64,000 bases of DNA, taken from positions 16,306,001 to 16,370,000 of the forward strand of contig JAGIQG010000013.1 in the NCBI GenBank assembly GCA_024679065.1, read 5' to 3'. The translations under genes and the position numbers were made by a program. The DNA comes from Sphyrna mokarran. Its lineage: Eukaryota. Numbering within the stretch: position 1 is the stretch's first letter; every line of letters starts with the position of its first letter. Positions 39,183-51,975 of this stretch are shown here, one piece after another. The notes under the pieces were generated by a model. That model did no database searches and was not told the DNA's origin. It worked only from the letters and a program-made list of their open reading frames with translations.

Positions 39183-39705
39183 CCACTCACTGTGCTGCCA
39201 GAAGGGAACAAAAGCTGAGAAAAACAGTGTAGCATTTGACTCCCACCTCAATTGGCCTAACTATGAAGCTAACCGGTGGCCAAGGTGTGAAATATTATTG
39301 AATAACTTGGCAGAGAAGTTGCAATCATATCAGAAGAGGAAATCTACACATTGACAAAAATCAGATCAAATGAAAAGTATTCTTTAGAATTAAATTTTCC
39401 TGTTATGCCTAGATTATTTTTTATTGGCTACATTCATAATTTGAGTCATACATCTTTTGTTTACCTACAATTGTAGATGCTTTTACTTTCTGTGTTTTCA
39501 TTCCAATATGAAGTCAATTTTAACACAGGTTACCATAAAATTTCATTTTATAGCCCCAGCAAAACAGAACAGGAAAATTTCATAAGGCACATTAAAACAT
39601 ATAGCTTGCTAAATACACACTACAATATACTCTAAAACTTCAAACATTAATTGGAGCAAGTTTATCACTTAGGATTTGAATCACTCGGTGCATTGTAATA
39701 CATAC

Positions 39706-39830
39706 ATGAGCTTTAATGTGAGGATTGGGATCCTTTATTGCTAGAAGATACCGTTTCCGGCCTAAAATTGTTTGAACAAATCCATTTTTCTGACAATTCT
39801 TTACTGTTTCCCGGAGAAATGTCTGAATTC
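39706..39830 (-). CDS. POLQ: POLQ exon (ex27 equivalent), fingers
   Basis: 125 nt; GIQTFLRETVKNCQKNGFVQTILGRKRYLLAIKDPNPHIKAH; CCACAG| and |GTATGT. Confidence 0.96.
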
Positions 39831-39949
39831 CTGTGGAAAATGGTAAATTTAAAAATTAAAGCGTTTTGTCACTTCTAAACAATTAACAATACACACACAC
39901 GTGCACACATAGCTGTTTCAAAACTGAGCTTTCCACGAGAAACTGAAAA

Positions 39950-40800
39950 TCCTTATTATTCTTGTCCGTCCGTGCAGGACTTTTGTTTTTAGCTCACCAC
40001 ACTCTGCTGGTTTTTATTTAGCACTTCTTTTGAACCAAAATGTTCTTTTTAAAAGTATAAACTTCAGACATTAATGTCAAATCTCCTGCCTTTAGCTTAT
40101 CAGTCAGATGGTTTACAAATTTGCTTTGGTCTGGGGTGGAGTGTTGGCTTAAATATCTCAGTATGTTTGCTTGGAAATGGAAGGTTCTGCTATTCCACTT
40201 CCTTCTGTTCAGGTTCATTGGTTTTACAAGAGTTACAGATTAGTCAGTTATATCAGTCGGGTTTCACCAACTGCAGCAGATATTTCATTGTGGCTGAAGA
40301 TCCCTGGATTTGATTTGTCAAATCTGATCAGTGCATGTCTTCCAGATTCCACAGGAAGCTTTGACATCATAGGTCAGTGATCCTGGATGCTTTGGTGTTC
40401 CACAAAATCGGGCCAAATCAGACTGATCCAAATTAAACTCATGAGTTAGTTTACTTGTATCACATAACCTTTCCTGATCAAGTTGCTCTGAGCCGAATTT
40501 TACTTTCAAATCCAGAGACAGCAAATCCAGCCTAGTAAACAATGGTCTTCCAAGCGCAAGTTTAGCAGAAGATATGCCAGCTGTTAAACGTGGAGTGTTA
40601 TGATATATCATCAAGAAATTCTTAAGAAATTTTCAACCTATTTGCATTCTCCCCATTAATATGGCTGGTTTGAATGTCAGGATAAAATGCTCCACTTCAC
40701 CATTTGAGGATGAGTGGAAGGGCAAGATGAGAATCCGCTGGAACCCATTGTTTTTCAGGAATATTTGACATTCACATGATGCTATACCATCAACACTCTC
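39950..40800 (-). mobile_element. Gypsy/Ty3-like LTR retrotransposon remnant (integrase C-terminal part)
   Basis: FLKNNGFQRILILPFHSSSNGEVEHFILTFK and YHNTPRLTAGISSAKLALGRPLFTRLDLL match the gypsy integrase PYHPxSNGxxER and YRNTPH..TG.SPA motifs. Confidence 0.75.
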
Positions 40801-40884
40801 AATTACCCCTCCCAAACCAACTATCTCTCCTGACCCATGTGTCATCACTCACCTACCATTTCATCCACACTATCTTCTGGAAAG

Positions 40885-42460
40885 GTGGCTAAACAATGGC
40901 TTACAAGGAAAATTACAGATAGCATTAAATCCTAGGATGAGGCATACAAGTTGGCCAGAAAGAAAACAGCAGACTTGAGGATAAGGAGCAGTTTAGAATT
41001 TAGCAAAGGAAGTCTAAGAAATTGATTGAGGGGAAAATCAAGTACAAAAGTAAGCTTGTAAGAAACATAAAAACTGACTATAACAGCTTTTATAAGTATG
41101 ATAAGAGAAAAAGATTGGTGAAGACCAACGTAGGTCCTTTACAGTCAGAAACAGGGGAATTCATAATGGGGAACAAAGAAATGGCTGACCAACTAAACAT
41201 ATTTTTTGGTTCTTTCTTCACAAAGGAAGACACAAATAATGTTCCACAAATGTTGAGGAGCACAGGGTTAGTGAAAGAGACGAAATGAAGGAAAGAGTAG
41301 GAAAATTGTGTTGGGGAAATTGATGGAATCATAGGCTAAATCCCCAGGATCTGATAATCTACATCCCAGAGTACCTCAGGAAATGGCCTTAGAAATAATG
41401 GATGCATTATGGTCATCTTTCAAGATTGTATAGACTCTGTAACAGTTTCTACAGATTGGAGAGTAACTAATGTAACCCCATGATTTAAATAGGGAGGTAA
41501 AGAGAAAACAGGGAATTATAGACCTCTTGACATTAATGAGGAAAATATTAAACACCCATTGCAAAACAATACGAAAGCACTCGGAAAACAATGACAAGAT
41601 TGGACAGAGTCAGCATGAACTTATGAAAGGAAAATCATGCTTGACAAATCTATTAGAATTCTTTGAGAGGGTAACTAATAGAGTTGATGAGGGGAAGCCA
41701 GTAGATGTGGTTAATTCGGACTTCAGGAGATTTTTGACAAGGTCCCACATAATAGATTAGCTTGTAAAATTAAAGCCCATGGAATTAGAATAATGTTTCG
41801 AGAGGCACAGAAAACTGGTTGGCAGACAAGAAACAAGGAGTAGGAAGAAATTGGTATTTTTCCAACTGGTAGGCTGGGACTAATGGTGTACCAAAGGGAT
41901 CAGTGCTAGGACCCCAGCTAGTCACATGTATATTAATGATTTAAATGAGGGAATTAAATTTAATATCTCCAAATTTACAGATGACACAAAACTGGGTGAG
42001 AGGGTGAACTGTGAAGAGGATGCAGAGATGCTTCAATGTGATTTGGACAAGTTGAGTGAGTGGGCAAATGCATGGCAGATGCAGCATAATGAGGATAAAT
42101 GTGAGGTAATCCACTCTAGTTGGAAAAACAAGACAACATATGATTTGAATGGCTATAAATTGAGAATGGGGAATGTGCAATAATACCTAGGTGTCATTGT
42201 ATACCAGTCATTGAAAGTAACCATGCAGGGGCAGCAGGCAGTGAAGAAGTCAAGTGATACATTGATCTTCATAGCAAGATGATTAGAGTACAGAAGCTAC
42301 TCTGGGGATACCTTGCTGCAATTATAGAGGGCCTTATGAGACCACACCCAAAATATCAGGTGCGGTTTTGGTCTCCTTATCTGAGGAAGTATGCTCTTGC
42401 TCTGAGGGGAGTGCAGCAAAGGTTTACCAGCCTGATTTCTGGAATGATGGGACTAACTGT
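40885..42460 (+). mobile_element. CR1 ORF2 remnant including RT core
   Basis: KGKSCLTNLLEFFERVT; YINDL...ISKFTDDTKLG; RPHPKYQVRFWSPYLRK. Confidence 0.92.
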
Positions 42461-42893
42461 TTTCATGCTGCTCATCTTCCCCAATCTATCCACTTAGCTC
42501 AGCCATTCTAACACCTTACCTATCACTTATTTATCCATCATCTATTCACTAACATTCACACTGAACCATTAAACTTAAGCATTAAACTAATGCTATAACA
42601 TGGGAGACATTATCCTATCTTCCTCCAACTCTACTGCGATATGATGAAGTTCCCAGATTTCTGCACTCTGGGAAGATCTGGTAAAAGACATGGAGTCACG
42701 TCAAAGTGGGGAATAGCTTGAACAAAACGACAATCTGAAGACGACAGCCATCTCCTTAAGATCCGGGCCAAGATTTTCTTTTCTCCTGCAGTAACCTTGT
42801 CCTTACTCATTTTGCCCTTTCTTTTGCTCACATGCAAAATAGATTAAAAATCACTCTGCTTTCTTCAAATCCAATCAGAGAAGTCTTGCTTAC

Positions 42894-43005
42894 CTTTATA
42901 TCGAGCTTTGAATGTTCCTAGATAACAACCAGCATCATTCTCATCCAAGCCCATTTGCTCACCAAGAGACTTGGCTCCAATCCCATAAATAATACCATAA
43001 CAGAT
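42894..43005 (-). CDS. POLQ: POLQ exon (ex26 equivalent), motif B
   Basis: 112 nt; ICYGIIYGIGAKSLGEQMGLDENDAGCYLGTFKARYK; CTTTAG| and |GTAAGC. Confidence 0.97.
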
Positions 43006-44989
43006 CTAAAGAAAGGAAAGCTGCACATTAGAAATTCAGGCAGCCATCACCAAAGAAGTGCATACAATAGCGATGAAGTTTGACACAAGTAAGCCCGTTG
43101 TGTGCTTTATGATCACAATTGACCAGATGGATATCCTTCCTTGAACAATTTATTCAATCATAAATATTGATTCTCCATCCAAATAACTTGTTTTAAAGAA
43201 ATGAAGAATTGAGGAATTACTGCATAAACTATGCTTGCAAAACATACTCTGAATTTTACACTCTCTGCTGGTAGAAATTTGGCTGGGGAATGGTAGTGGA
43301 GCATGTAGTTGCAGGGACAGGATTCCCTCTGGTTCCCACTTGCCCGACCACACAGCGATTTTACGCTGGGGCGGGCAAGGCCTCAAATGGAAGCTCATCC
43401 TTGCCCCAGTTGAGATTCTTAAATCACCAATTAATGATGTTTTAAAGGCCTTCACCACCCAACCTTGATCCACTGCGTGGGAAGGCAGTAAAGAATCGAA
43501 GTTAGATCTCAGGTGTTATAAGAGGAATTTTCTGAAGTGTCCCGCTAGAGTATCTTGTACTGAGTGATCTCACTCAATCAATACATAGACAACAAAGTCA
43601 GCATGTAATTGAAAAATGAAAAGGAATTTATTTGCTAATGCATGCATCAGGGGTGCAGTCAAGCAAAGCTGACTGCCTTCTCTGCCTTAACAGGCAGAGA
43701 AGTAGAATTTGATCTTTTGTTCTGAACACTCCAATATCCTGCCCAGCCTGTCGTTCAAATTGAGGTGCCATTCACAATATTACACATTACCTTAGCCAAT
43801 AGTGTTTCACCTATCAACAGAAATAGGAGATCATTAGCTCGCTGCTCCTGTAGGTTCCTCCCCTGTTACCTAGGGAATCTAACCCACATCATTCCCAGTG
43901 TCCAAGGCCAGAGCTAACATCTGCAAATTTTAATTGATGAAAGGAATCATTCGCTGCCCGAATCTGATCTTTTCTCATCAGCTTGACAGGCTGCATTTGC
44001 CTTGATATCCATGAACAAATTCACTCCCATAGATTCCAAGCCTATGATTAAACTTGTTTTCACGTACCCAAAAACAGATAAGAGAAGCTGCTTTTCTGTG
44101 CTCCACTGTATTAAAAGAATTTGGTCTGTCTACCACTGAGTTTTCCCATCATGCTGCATTCAGAACAAAGTTGGCCAAGATGCACAATACATATATATTG
44201 AAAATACAATTTAAGCTTTTAATACTTGGTAATTTGTGTTTGTAGAGTTTATAATACCTTTGCATATTTTGTTCCAGGCACATTGTGAATTCTCACAATA
44301 CATAAGGCACTTTAAAATTACCTTAACCTAGTCTATTTACTATAGTAAAACTAAAATGAAGGTCCTCATATTAAGAATTTGAGACTACTATAAGAGTAAG
44401 GGGTCCCTACTTCCTATTCTGTCCAGTGCAGTGCTGTTGCTACAGGGACTCAAGAGCTACCAGCCAATCAGATAGGCAACACTTTCTAATATGGGTCTTG
44501 CTCCCAAGTAAGAGGTGGAAATCCCACCTGCAGCCAATCAAAGCTCACTGGAGTATAAACTGGCAGCAGGGCAGTCAGAGTTAGCAGAGACATGTTCACC
44601 ATCCACTCTTTGGATGATGGGAAACTGGGCCCCACTATCCGAAAAATTCAAGCCATAATGTCCAATATCAGGCGAAATCTTCAATTGGACAGCAATTGAT
44701 AAACAATCACGATTGTGCAAGAAATTACACTGAAAACCAATTTAAGATTATCAGTCAGAGTTCACAGTGTAAAGCTACCTATATTTACACATAGAGAACT
44801 GACAAAAGGAACAGGTCCACATACTGTACACTTTTTGACTGAACAAAATTTTGGTGTCAGCCATTTCCTGATTCATTCTCAAGGGCAATGCCTTGACTAG
44901 TCAACCTATCTGGTTTGAACTTAAATAAAACCTTGACAGTTAACTGTTTTTGGTGCAGTCTCCATGGCAACGCTTTGATAAAGCCGAGG

Positions 44990-45320
44990 TACTTGAAAAA
45001 CTGGGAAAGTGGATAAATCACCAGTACTGACAGAATGCATCCTACTTTGCTGAGGCAATATAATGGTTAAAATTACTGAGGTGCTGGTTAGAATCTTCCA
45101 ACCCTCCTTTGATACAACACTGCCAGTGAACTGGGGGATTGCAGATGTTGTATCCACATTCAAAAAGGGACAGAAGGATATGCACAGCAATTTCAAGCCA
45201 GTCAGCTTAATGTTCATGATGGAAGCTTCTGGAAATTATTGGAGAAAATTAACAGTCACGTGATGAGCATGAAGTAACAAATGAGAACCAGCACGGATTT
45301 ATTAAGTGCCAAGGCAAAAT
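44990..45320 (+). mobile_element. CR1 RT N-terminal fragment
   Basis: LPVNWGIADVVSTFKKGQKDMHSNFKPVSL. Confidence 0.7.
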
Positions 45321-46127
45321 GCTTATTTAATACCTCAGCTTTCATTCTGTGCCAATACGTCCCTCTGATCGTCTCCCTGCTTCTGTAACAAATCCTCTCA
45401 CTGTTACTGTACATAACAAGCACCAGCTGCTTGTTATCAGAGTCACTCCCCTGAATATCTAATGCAACAGAGATTTTGTGTTCTGTTATCAGACTCCCAG
45501 TGTTCCAGCAGAGGTGCATTCCAGACACACCACTGATAAGGGAAATGCATGTTGCTCACCAAAATATGCTAGGAATACATTTGCTAGAGGTGTGAGTGAA
45601 TTCTACTCATGCAATTTAAAAACAATCGTGGGTTTGTTATGTGTGGCAGGACAAATGCTGTTTACTAGAATTTTAACAACTCTATAAAATCGTATTGATT
45701 TCTTGGTTTATCATCTCATTAAACATTAAATTAGCTGACTTTTAAAAGTAAGAAATGTGTCAGAGGCTTGTAATTTGTGCAAAAAGCTGTCAGCTATAAT
45801 ATTAAGAAATTCTGCTCTTGATGTTCGATAGCACAGTACATTTCATTTTGAAGAGTTAAAAGTTTATTACTAATTTATGTTTTGCTGGTCATAAGCAACA
45901 AGGTTATCTCGGCATGATTCTAAAGATAGAAGCAGCAAACAGAATAATGCCAAATAAAGCAAATTTTTAAGAAGCTTGTCTTGCCTGTTCTGTACAGAGG
46001 ACCAGTGTACACAAGGACGTAATGATACTCAAACACATTTTACTTTACACTTAACAAAAGGCAATGGTCTACCAGATAATTTCTCTGAAGTTGTCTATGT
46101 AACATTGCCAAATAATACACTTGGGTC

Positions 46128-47308
46128 CATACACTTAGAATATAGTGTTCAATTCTGGTTGCCACACTACCAGAAAGATGTGGAAGCTTTGTAGTGGGTA
46201 CAGAAAAGGTTTACAAGAATGTTGCCTGGTATGGAGGGGATTAGCTTTGAGGAGAGGTTGGAAAAACTTGTGTCCTCACTGGAGTAACCGAGGTTGAGGG
46301 GCGATCTGATAGGAGTCTACAAGATTACAAGGGGCATAGATAGACTAGATAGCCAGAAGCTTTTTCCCAGGGTGGAAGAGCCAATTACTAGGGGCCATAG
46401 GTTTAAGGTGCGAGGGACAAGGTTTAAAGGAGATGTACGAGGCAGGTTTTTTTTACACAGAGGGTTGTGAGTGCCTGGAACTCACTGCTGGGGGAACATA
46501 GAACATTACAGCACAGAACAGGCCCTTCGGCCTTCGATGTTGCGCCGACCAATATAAAAAGCAATGCCCCTCCAAACTAAACCATTCCCTTCTCTTCCAT
46601 ATACTTATCAACTAACCTCTTAAACGCCACCAAACTTGGCGCATCTACAACTGCTGCAGGCAGGGCATTCCACTCCCGAACCACCCTTTGGGTAAAGAAC
46701 CTGCCTCTGATATCCGTCCTATAACTATCACCCCTTAATTTAAAGCTGTGTCCCCTCGTGCTAGCTTTCTCCATCCTAGGAAAAAGGCTATCACTGTCCA
46801 CCCTATCTAAACCTCTAATCATCTTATATGTTTCGATCAGGTCCCCTCTTAGCCTCCTCCTTTCTAACGAAAACAACCTCAAATCCCTCAGCCTCTCCTC
46901 ATAAGACCTGCCCTCCATACCAGGCAACATCCTGGTAAACCTCCTCTGTACCCTCTCCAATGCCTCCACATCTTTCTTATAATGTGGGGACCAGAACTGC
47001 ACACAATACTCCAAGTGCGGCCGCACTAGAGTTTTGTACAGTTGCAACATGACGTTGCGGCTCCGAAATTCAATCCCTCTACCAATAAAAGCCAAGGCTC
47101 CATATGCCTTCCTATGGGGGAGGTAGTGGAAGCAGATACATTAGTGAGTTTTAAGAGATGTCTGAACAAACACACATGAATAGAATGGGAATGGAGGGAT
47201 ATGGTTCCCAAAAGAGTAGGGAGTTTCAGTTCAATCAGGCAACATGGTTGGTGCAAGCTTGGAGGGCTGAAGAGCCTGTTCCTGTGCTGTAATTTTCTAT
47301 GTTCTTTA
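46128..47308 (+). mobile_element. CR1 3' part, split by a young inverted CR1
   Basis: HLEYSVQFWLPHYQKDVEAL; host resumes at 47115; ttctatgttc tail ends about 47304. Confidence 0.88.
46496..47114 (-). mobile_element. Young CR1 3' part with uninterrupted 172-aa frame
   Basis: ORF 46577-47095; TSD tggggga (46489-46495 / 47115-47121). Confidence 0.95.
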
Positions 47309-47329
47309 TTACTTTAAGCTTTAGCTGAC

Positions 47330-47514
47330 CTGTTTAGCCTGTTGTCTGAGTTTTTCAGTCACTGATGCTGGCTCCACCATTTTCCATTCTGCAGCAATGC
47401 TCTTGAACACATCTTCCCCACTGTTTAGGACTTTAATAAGGCTCCTATCATTGGAAAGATGAGCCAGAATTCGGAGCTCCAGTTGGGAGTAATCTGCTGC
47501 CAGAATGAGGCCAC
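47330..47514 (-). CDS. POLQ: POLQ exon (ex25 equivalent), polymerase motif A
   Basis: 185 nt; GGLILAADYSQLELRILAHLS...LRQQAKQ; catalytic DYSQLELR. Confidence 0.97.
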
Positions 47515-48082
47515 CTTTAAAGGAAAAATTAAATCAGACATGGTTAGGTTATTAAACTGGAGATTAATTTGAAGAAAGAGAGACATGGAAAATGTGTAAA
47601 ATCATTCCTCTGACCTGAACAGTGAAGAGGCAGAGGGGCCAATCAGCATGGATTGAGAAAAGTAGCTTATGTCTTTATGTTTTAAAGATTAACTAAACTG
47701 ATACATAGCAACAATTCAGTTTTAAATATATGTTTGTATTGCTACATGTTAGAAATAAGATACAGATTTAAGTAAGTTTAATTTAGCATTGAGATGATTA
47801 GGTTAAAAAAAAAATCACACAAGCTGCAGCTGCTAAAATTCTCCAGAGAAACTTTTGATGAGAAACCATTTGCTTACGGTTAACAGTCAAGGACCCTGGC
47901 TGGATTAATTACAAGGGAGACTTTTTTCATACAATGTACACACAAGAATCCAACTGTACAGTTACAGCTCACGTAATCACTGGTCTAACGTATTTTTATC
48001 ATTCATGTATCTAAAGGTAAGTAGATAAATGGAAAAATATGTGCTTAGTGATATTATAATTAAGTAAGTGTGCTCAAATTGT

Positions 48083-48139
48083 AATTGAGCTATATTCATA
48101 CAAATTCAATTGAGCTATATTCATACAACTATATTCATA
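48083..48139. repeat. Local tandem duplication
   Basis: aattgagctatattcatacaa at 48083-48103 and 48108-48128, plus partial ctatattcata at 48129-48139. Confidence 0.9.
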
Positions 48140-48380
48140 TGTTATACATTATGTAATCCCAATTATTAATTGTTAACACACAAAGGTTTTTTTAAAATCA
48201 ATTTGATATTGTCTGTAGATGAACCACAGGATATCATTGACATTATATTTTCTTGTTCAGGAGCTCTGTGCGCCCTTCTGGCCAGCAGGCTTCCTTGCTA
48301 TAGCTCAAATAAAGATCTTCAACTCTGAATGTCACCTGGTCAGTTATAAAGATTGACGTACACTAAAGTAGCCAAAAAGC

Positions 48381-49503
48381 TGTGACACACCCACAACCAG
48401 TATTTTTGTATAAGAAAAGATAAAATTCTAGTTAAATTCATGTTAAACAAAGCTGTTTATATGTATGAGGGTTTCAATTCAAATTGTGGCTGCACTGTGC
48501 TGACAGAGTTTACAGCACAGGAAGTAAATAAAAGCTTGGAGAAAAAAAATGAGCTGTTACTTAGCAACCAGGGACCACGTTCGAGAAAAAAAACCTTTTT
48601 GAGTACTTGGCTGAACTCAAAAGACAGGAGAAGGAGCTTAGCAGCTAGAGAGAGAACATCTCTCTCAGTCATGCCTGAGGCAGAAACGAAACCATGGGCA
48701 AGAAAGCAAGCGCCAAAGAAAATTAAAGAACAGTTAGTTCTAGAAGCCAGAGAATGAAAGATACATTCCAAAAAAGTTTGAAGTCAAAGTTTGAAGCAAC
48801 TGGAATGGAACAGGATATTGTTCATTAAGTTAAATACTTAAAAGGAGTGAGAACTGGGAAAATCAGCTATTGAGGAGCCAGAGATATTTGCAGTGATCCT
48901 AAGTTTGTTATGTTTTATGATAGTCTGTGAAGCCATTGGTGGCTGGATCTGAGAGATTCTGTGGGTGGTGCACATGGCAATGCAAGACAAAGGAATACTG
49001 AAAGAAACGTTGTAAAACCTGGAAGCAAGACAGCTGAGGAAAAGCACTATGTGAAAGAAGATTTTAAGGTGAGTCTTTCGACAGTGGAGTTTGGAAACAC
49101 TCGTGTGACAATGATCTACGGGGAGTTTGAGGTGAAATCCAGAGAAGTTTGAAGGAGTGGCATCTGCCACTGGGTTTCAGAGTAGAATCCTGCCTGCCCA
49201 TAGTTGGTGCATGGAGTGCAAGGGATTGTGTGTTTACTGAGAACATTGCAACACAAGATATATGCTATAAACATGTGTTATCCTTAAAATTCATACATAT
49301 CTGTGAAGATAAGGAGTGAAGAAGTATTGCACTATAGTGAATTTTTTCTTTTTTTTTTTGCATAATTTTTTTGTTGGTAAAAGCTAATTGACAGCCCTGT
49401 GACTCTGTTCCTCGACACTTTTCAAAAGAAAATAAAAGTTTTGAGCCAGGGTTCCGTTCTCTGAACTTGCCGGCCACGAATAACACCAACTGAAGTCGTA
49501 GCA
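48381..49503 (+). mobile_element. Possible solo LTR (gypsy/ERV-like)
   Basis: Begins tgtgac, ends gtcgtagca, AATAAA near 49431, composition unlike flanks; no matching TSD found. Confidence 0.3.
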
Positions 49504-49741
49504 AATGGAGAAAACATGTCTCAACAAATTTACAAGTTAAACAAGCTAATATTGTGAGAGCTGTTCTATCAAGAATTGGAGTTCGCAGAACTCTGTTACA
49601 AACCATCTAACCTTATTTCATGGAGTGCTTATGCTGGCATACCTGAAACTAAGTCTGTTCTTAAATTTTTCTTCTTTTGTTAAGGACTTTGAGATTCTCG
49701 CATTGCTACAATTTGGTATTGTTTTAAACATGACAAATTAC

Positions 49742-49860
49742 CTGAAAATGGTACAAAAGCATGTCTGAGACTGACTGCAAATGGCAGTCCTTTATCCATC
49801 TTTCCATCATTCATTGTAACCTGCTGGGACGTAGGCAACATACCACAGCCCCTCCTTTTC
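49742..49860 (-). CDS. POLQ: POLQ exon (ex24 equivalent)
   Basis: 119 nt; RKRRGCGMLPTSQQVTMNDGKMDKGLPFAVSLRHAFVPFS; TTTCAG| and |GTAATT; phase 2 to 1 fits neighbours. Confidence 0.94.
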
Positions 49861-50246
49861 CTGAAACATAAATATATGAAGCAAAATTTAAAAGCATTGT
49901 CTTTGTTAACTTCTGTACACCACTGCTACATACTGTACAATTTTACAGTAAGTCATAGAGCGAGTGACCAGAAGCCTATACCAAGTACTAAGTAATTACT
50001 AAGATTAGTCCGACTGTAAAATAAATGGTGCACCTTGAAAAGTGATAATTAGTTTCAATACAGATACTTAGCTCTATAGTTCATTTTTAAAAATATATTT
50101 AAAATGTCCTAGAATGCACTTCTATACAGCAATACTAAGGACACCACCCTTTCAAATCCAGATAATAAAAGCACCCCAACACACCAAGCCAAACGAACAA
50201 GAAAAATCCCGAGGCAGAGGGGAAAGGCTTATTTGTCGAGAGTAAC

Positions 50247-50536
50247 AGTAAGAAGTCTCACAACACTAAGTTAAAATCCAGTTGGTAGTACGAGCTTTCG
50301 GAGCATTGCCCTTTCATCAGGTGAATGAAGAGTTCAGTTCACAAACATATAATAGTTGGAATGTGTTTCTTAACAGGTAATCAAGTCTTTACAAGTGCAG
50401 ACAATGTGAGTGGAGAGAGGTTTTAGCACAAGTTAAACAAGTGTGAATTGTTCCCAGCCAGGACAGTTAGTGAGATTTTGCAAGCCCAGGCAAGTCATAG
50501 GGGTGAAGAGGAGGGGCTTGCTGGCAACTCCACATC
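50247..50536 (-). mobile_element. Penelope-derived insertion with hammerhead motif and inverted terminal piece
   Basis: - strand CAC CTGATGA AAGGGC AAT GCTCC GAA AGCT C GTA (50289-50323); inverted gctggcaactccacatc at 50520-50536; flanks ttgtcgagagtaac / ttgtcaacagtaac (12/14). Confidence 0.78.
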
Positions 50537-51019
50537 TTGTCAACAGTAACTGAAGGCAAAGGGAGAAAAATGAAAAATTATAAACGTTTAAGAAGAAAAC
50601 AGGAAAAAGCAAAATAATTGAAATATTAAAAAGTTACAAGGGAAAAAAGATATACATTTTTACAATTCACCAGGCAGATAGTGTCAGCTTTTTGAAAATA
50701 AAACCATAAAATCAGTGATTACTTTAAAATTAAAGACATTTCATCCATATATCCCGATAGATTTATGGTGCAGATGACAAATAAATTGAGCACACAGAGA
50801 TCAAACTAAATTATTCAATAGTTTTGTTATACATGCAGAGATTTAACACGCTCTGGTCAAACCTATTCATGTAAGCTGTGGAGACTACTGAGACTGTGCC
50901 CAAATTATAACCAAGAAACAATTCTATAAAATAAATAAGGTCACCAATCAAAATGAACTACAGGGATGTTCGAAATATTCAGAAGAAATAAAATGTAGGA
51001 GTTCACTGAGTTCCCATAT

Positions 51020-51975
51020 TAAAATTGCCTCCGAGAAGGTGGGGGTGAGCTGGCTTCTTGAACCACTGCAATCCATACAGTATACGTGCACCCACAGTGC
51101 TGTTAGAAAAGGAGTTTCAAGACTTTGACTCAGCAATAATGAAGGAACGGCGATATATTCCCAAGTCAGGCTGGTGACTGTGTTTTGGAAGAGAATTTGC
51201 AGGTGGTAGTGTTCCCATGCATCTGCTGCCCTTGTTCTTCTAGGCAGTAGAAGTCATTGGTTTGGAAGGTGCTGTATAAGAATACATTGGGAGTTCATGG
51301 ACTGCATCTTGTAGATGGTACTCACTGTTACCACTGCATCGATAGTGGAGAGAGTGAATGGTTAAGTTGGTAAAACTTAAAAGCATTGTCTTTGTTAACT
51401 TCTGTACACCACTGCTACATACTGTACAGTCAAGTGGGCTCCTTTATCCTGGATGATGTCAAGCTTCTTGAGTGTTGTTGGAGCTGTTCTGATCCAGACA
51501 AGTGGAGAGTATTCTATCACACTCCTGACATGTGCCTTGTAGATGGACACGCTTAGGGGAGAGACAAAGTGAGTTATTCTCCACAAAATTTCTAGCTACT
51601 ACCTTCTGGTCAATGGTAACCCCAGGATGTTGCTGGTGGGGGATTCAATGACGGTAATGCCTTATGTATTGTATTATGACTTATTGTAAAATTGCACTGT
51701 ATGAATTTCAGGGGCAGATGGTTAGATTCTCTCTTGTTGAAAATGGTCAATGCTGGGCACTTGTGTGATACAAATGTTAATTGCCACTTATCAGCCCAAG
51801 CCTGAATATTGTCCAGATCTTGCTGTACATGGACACAAAAGCTTCAGCATCTGAGTCCCTGTGAATTGTGAACATTGTGTTATCATCAGCAAACATCCTC
51901 ACTTCTAACCTTATGATAGAAGGACAATCATTGATGAAGCAGTTGAAAATGGCTGGGCCTAGGTCAGTGCCTCCT
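51020..51975 (-). mobile_element. Old LINE 3' part (same family as 53370-57095)
   Basis: SIYKAHVRSVIEYSPLVWIRTAPTTLKKLDIIQDKGAHL. Confidence 0.82.
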
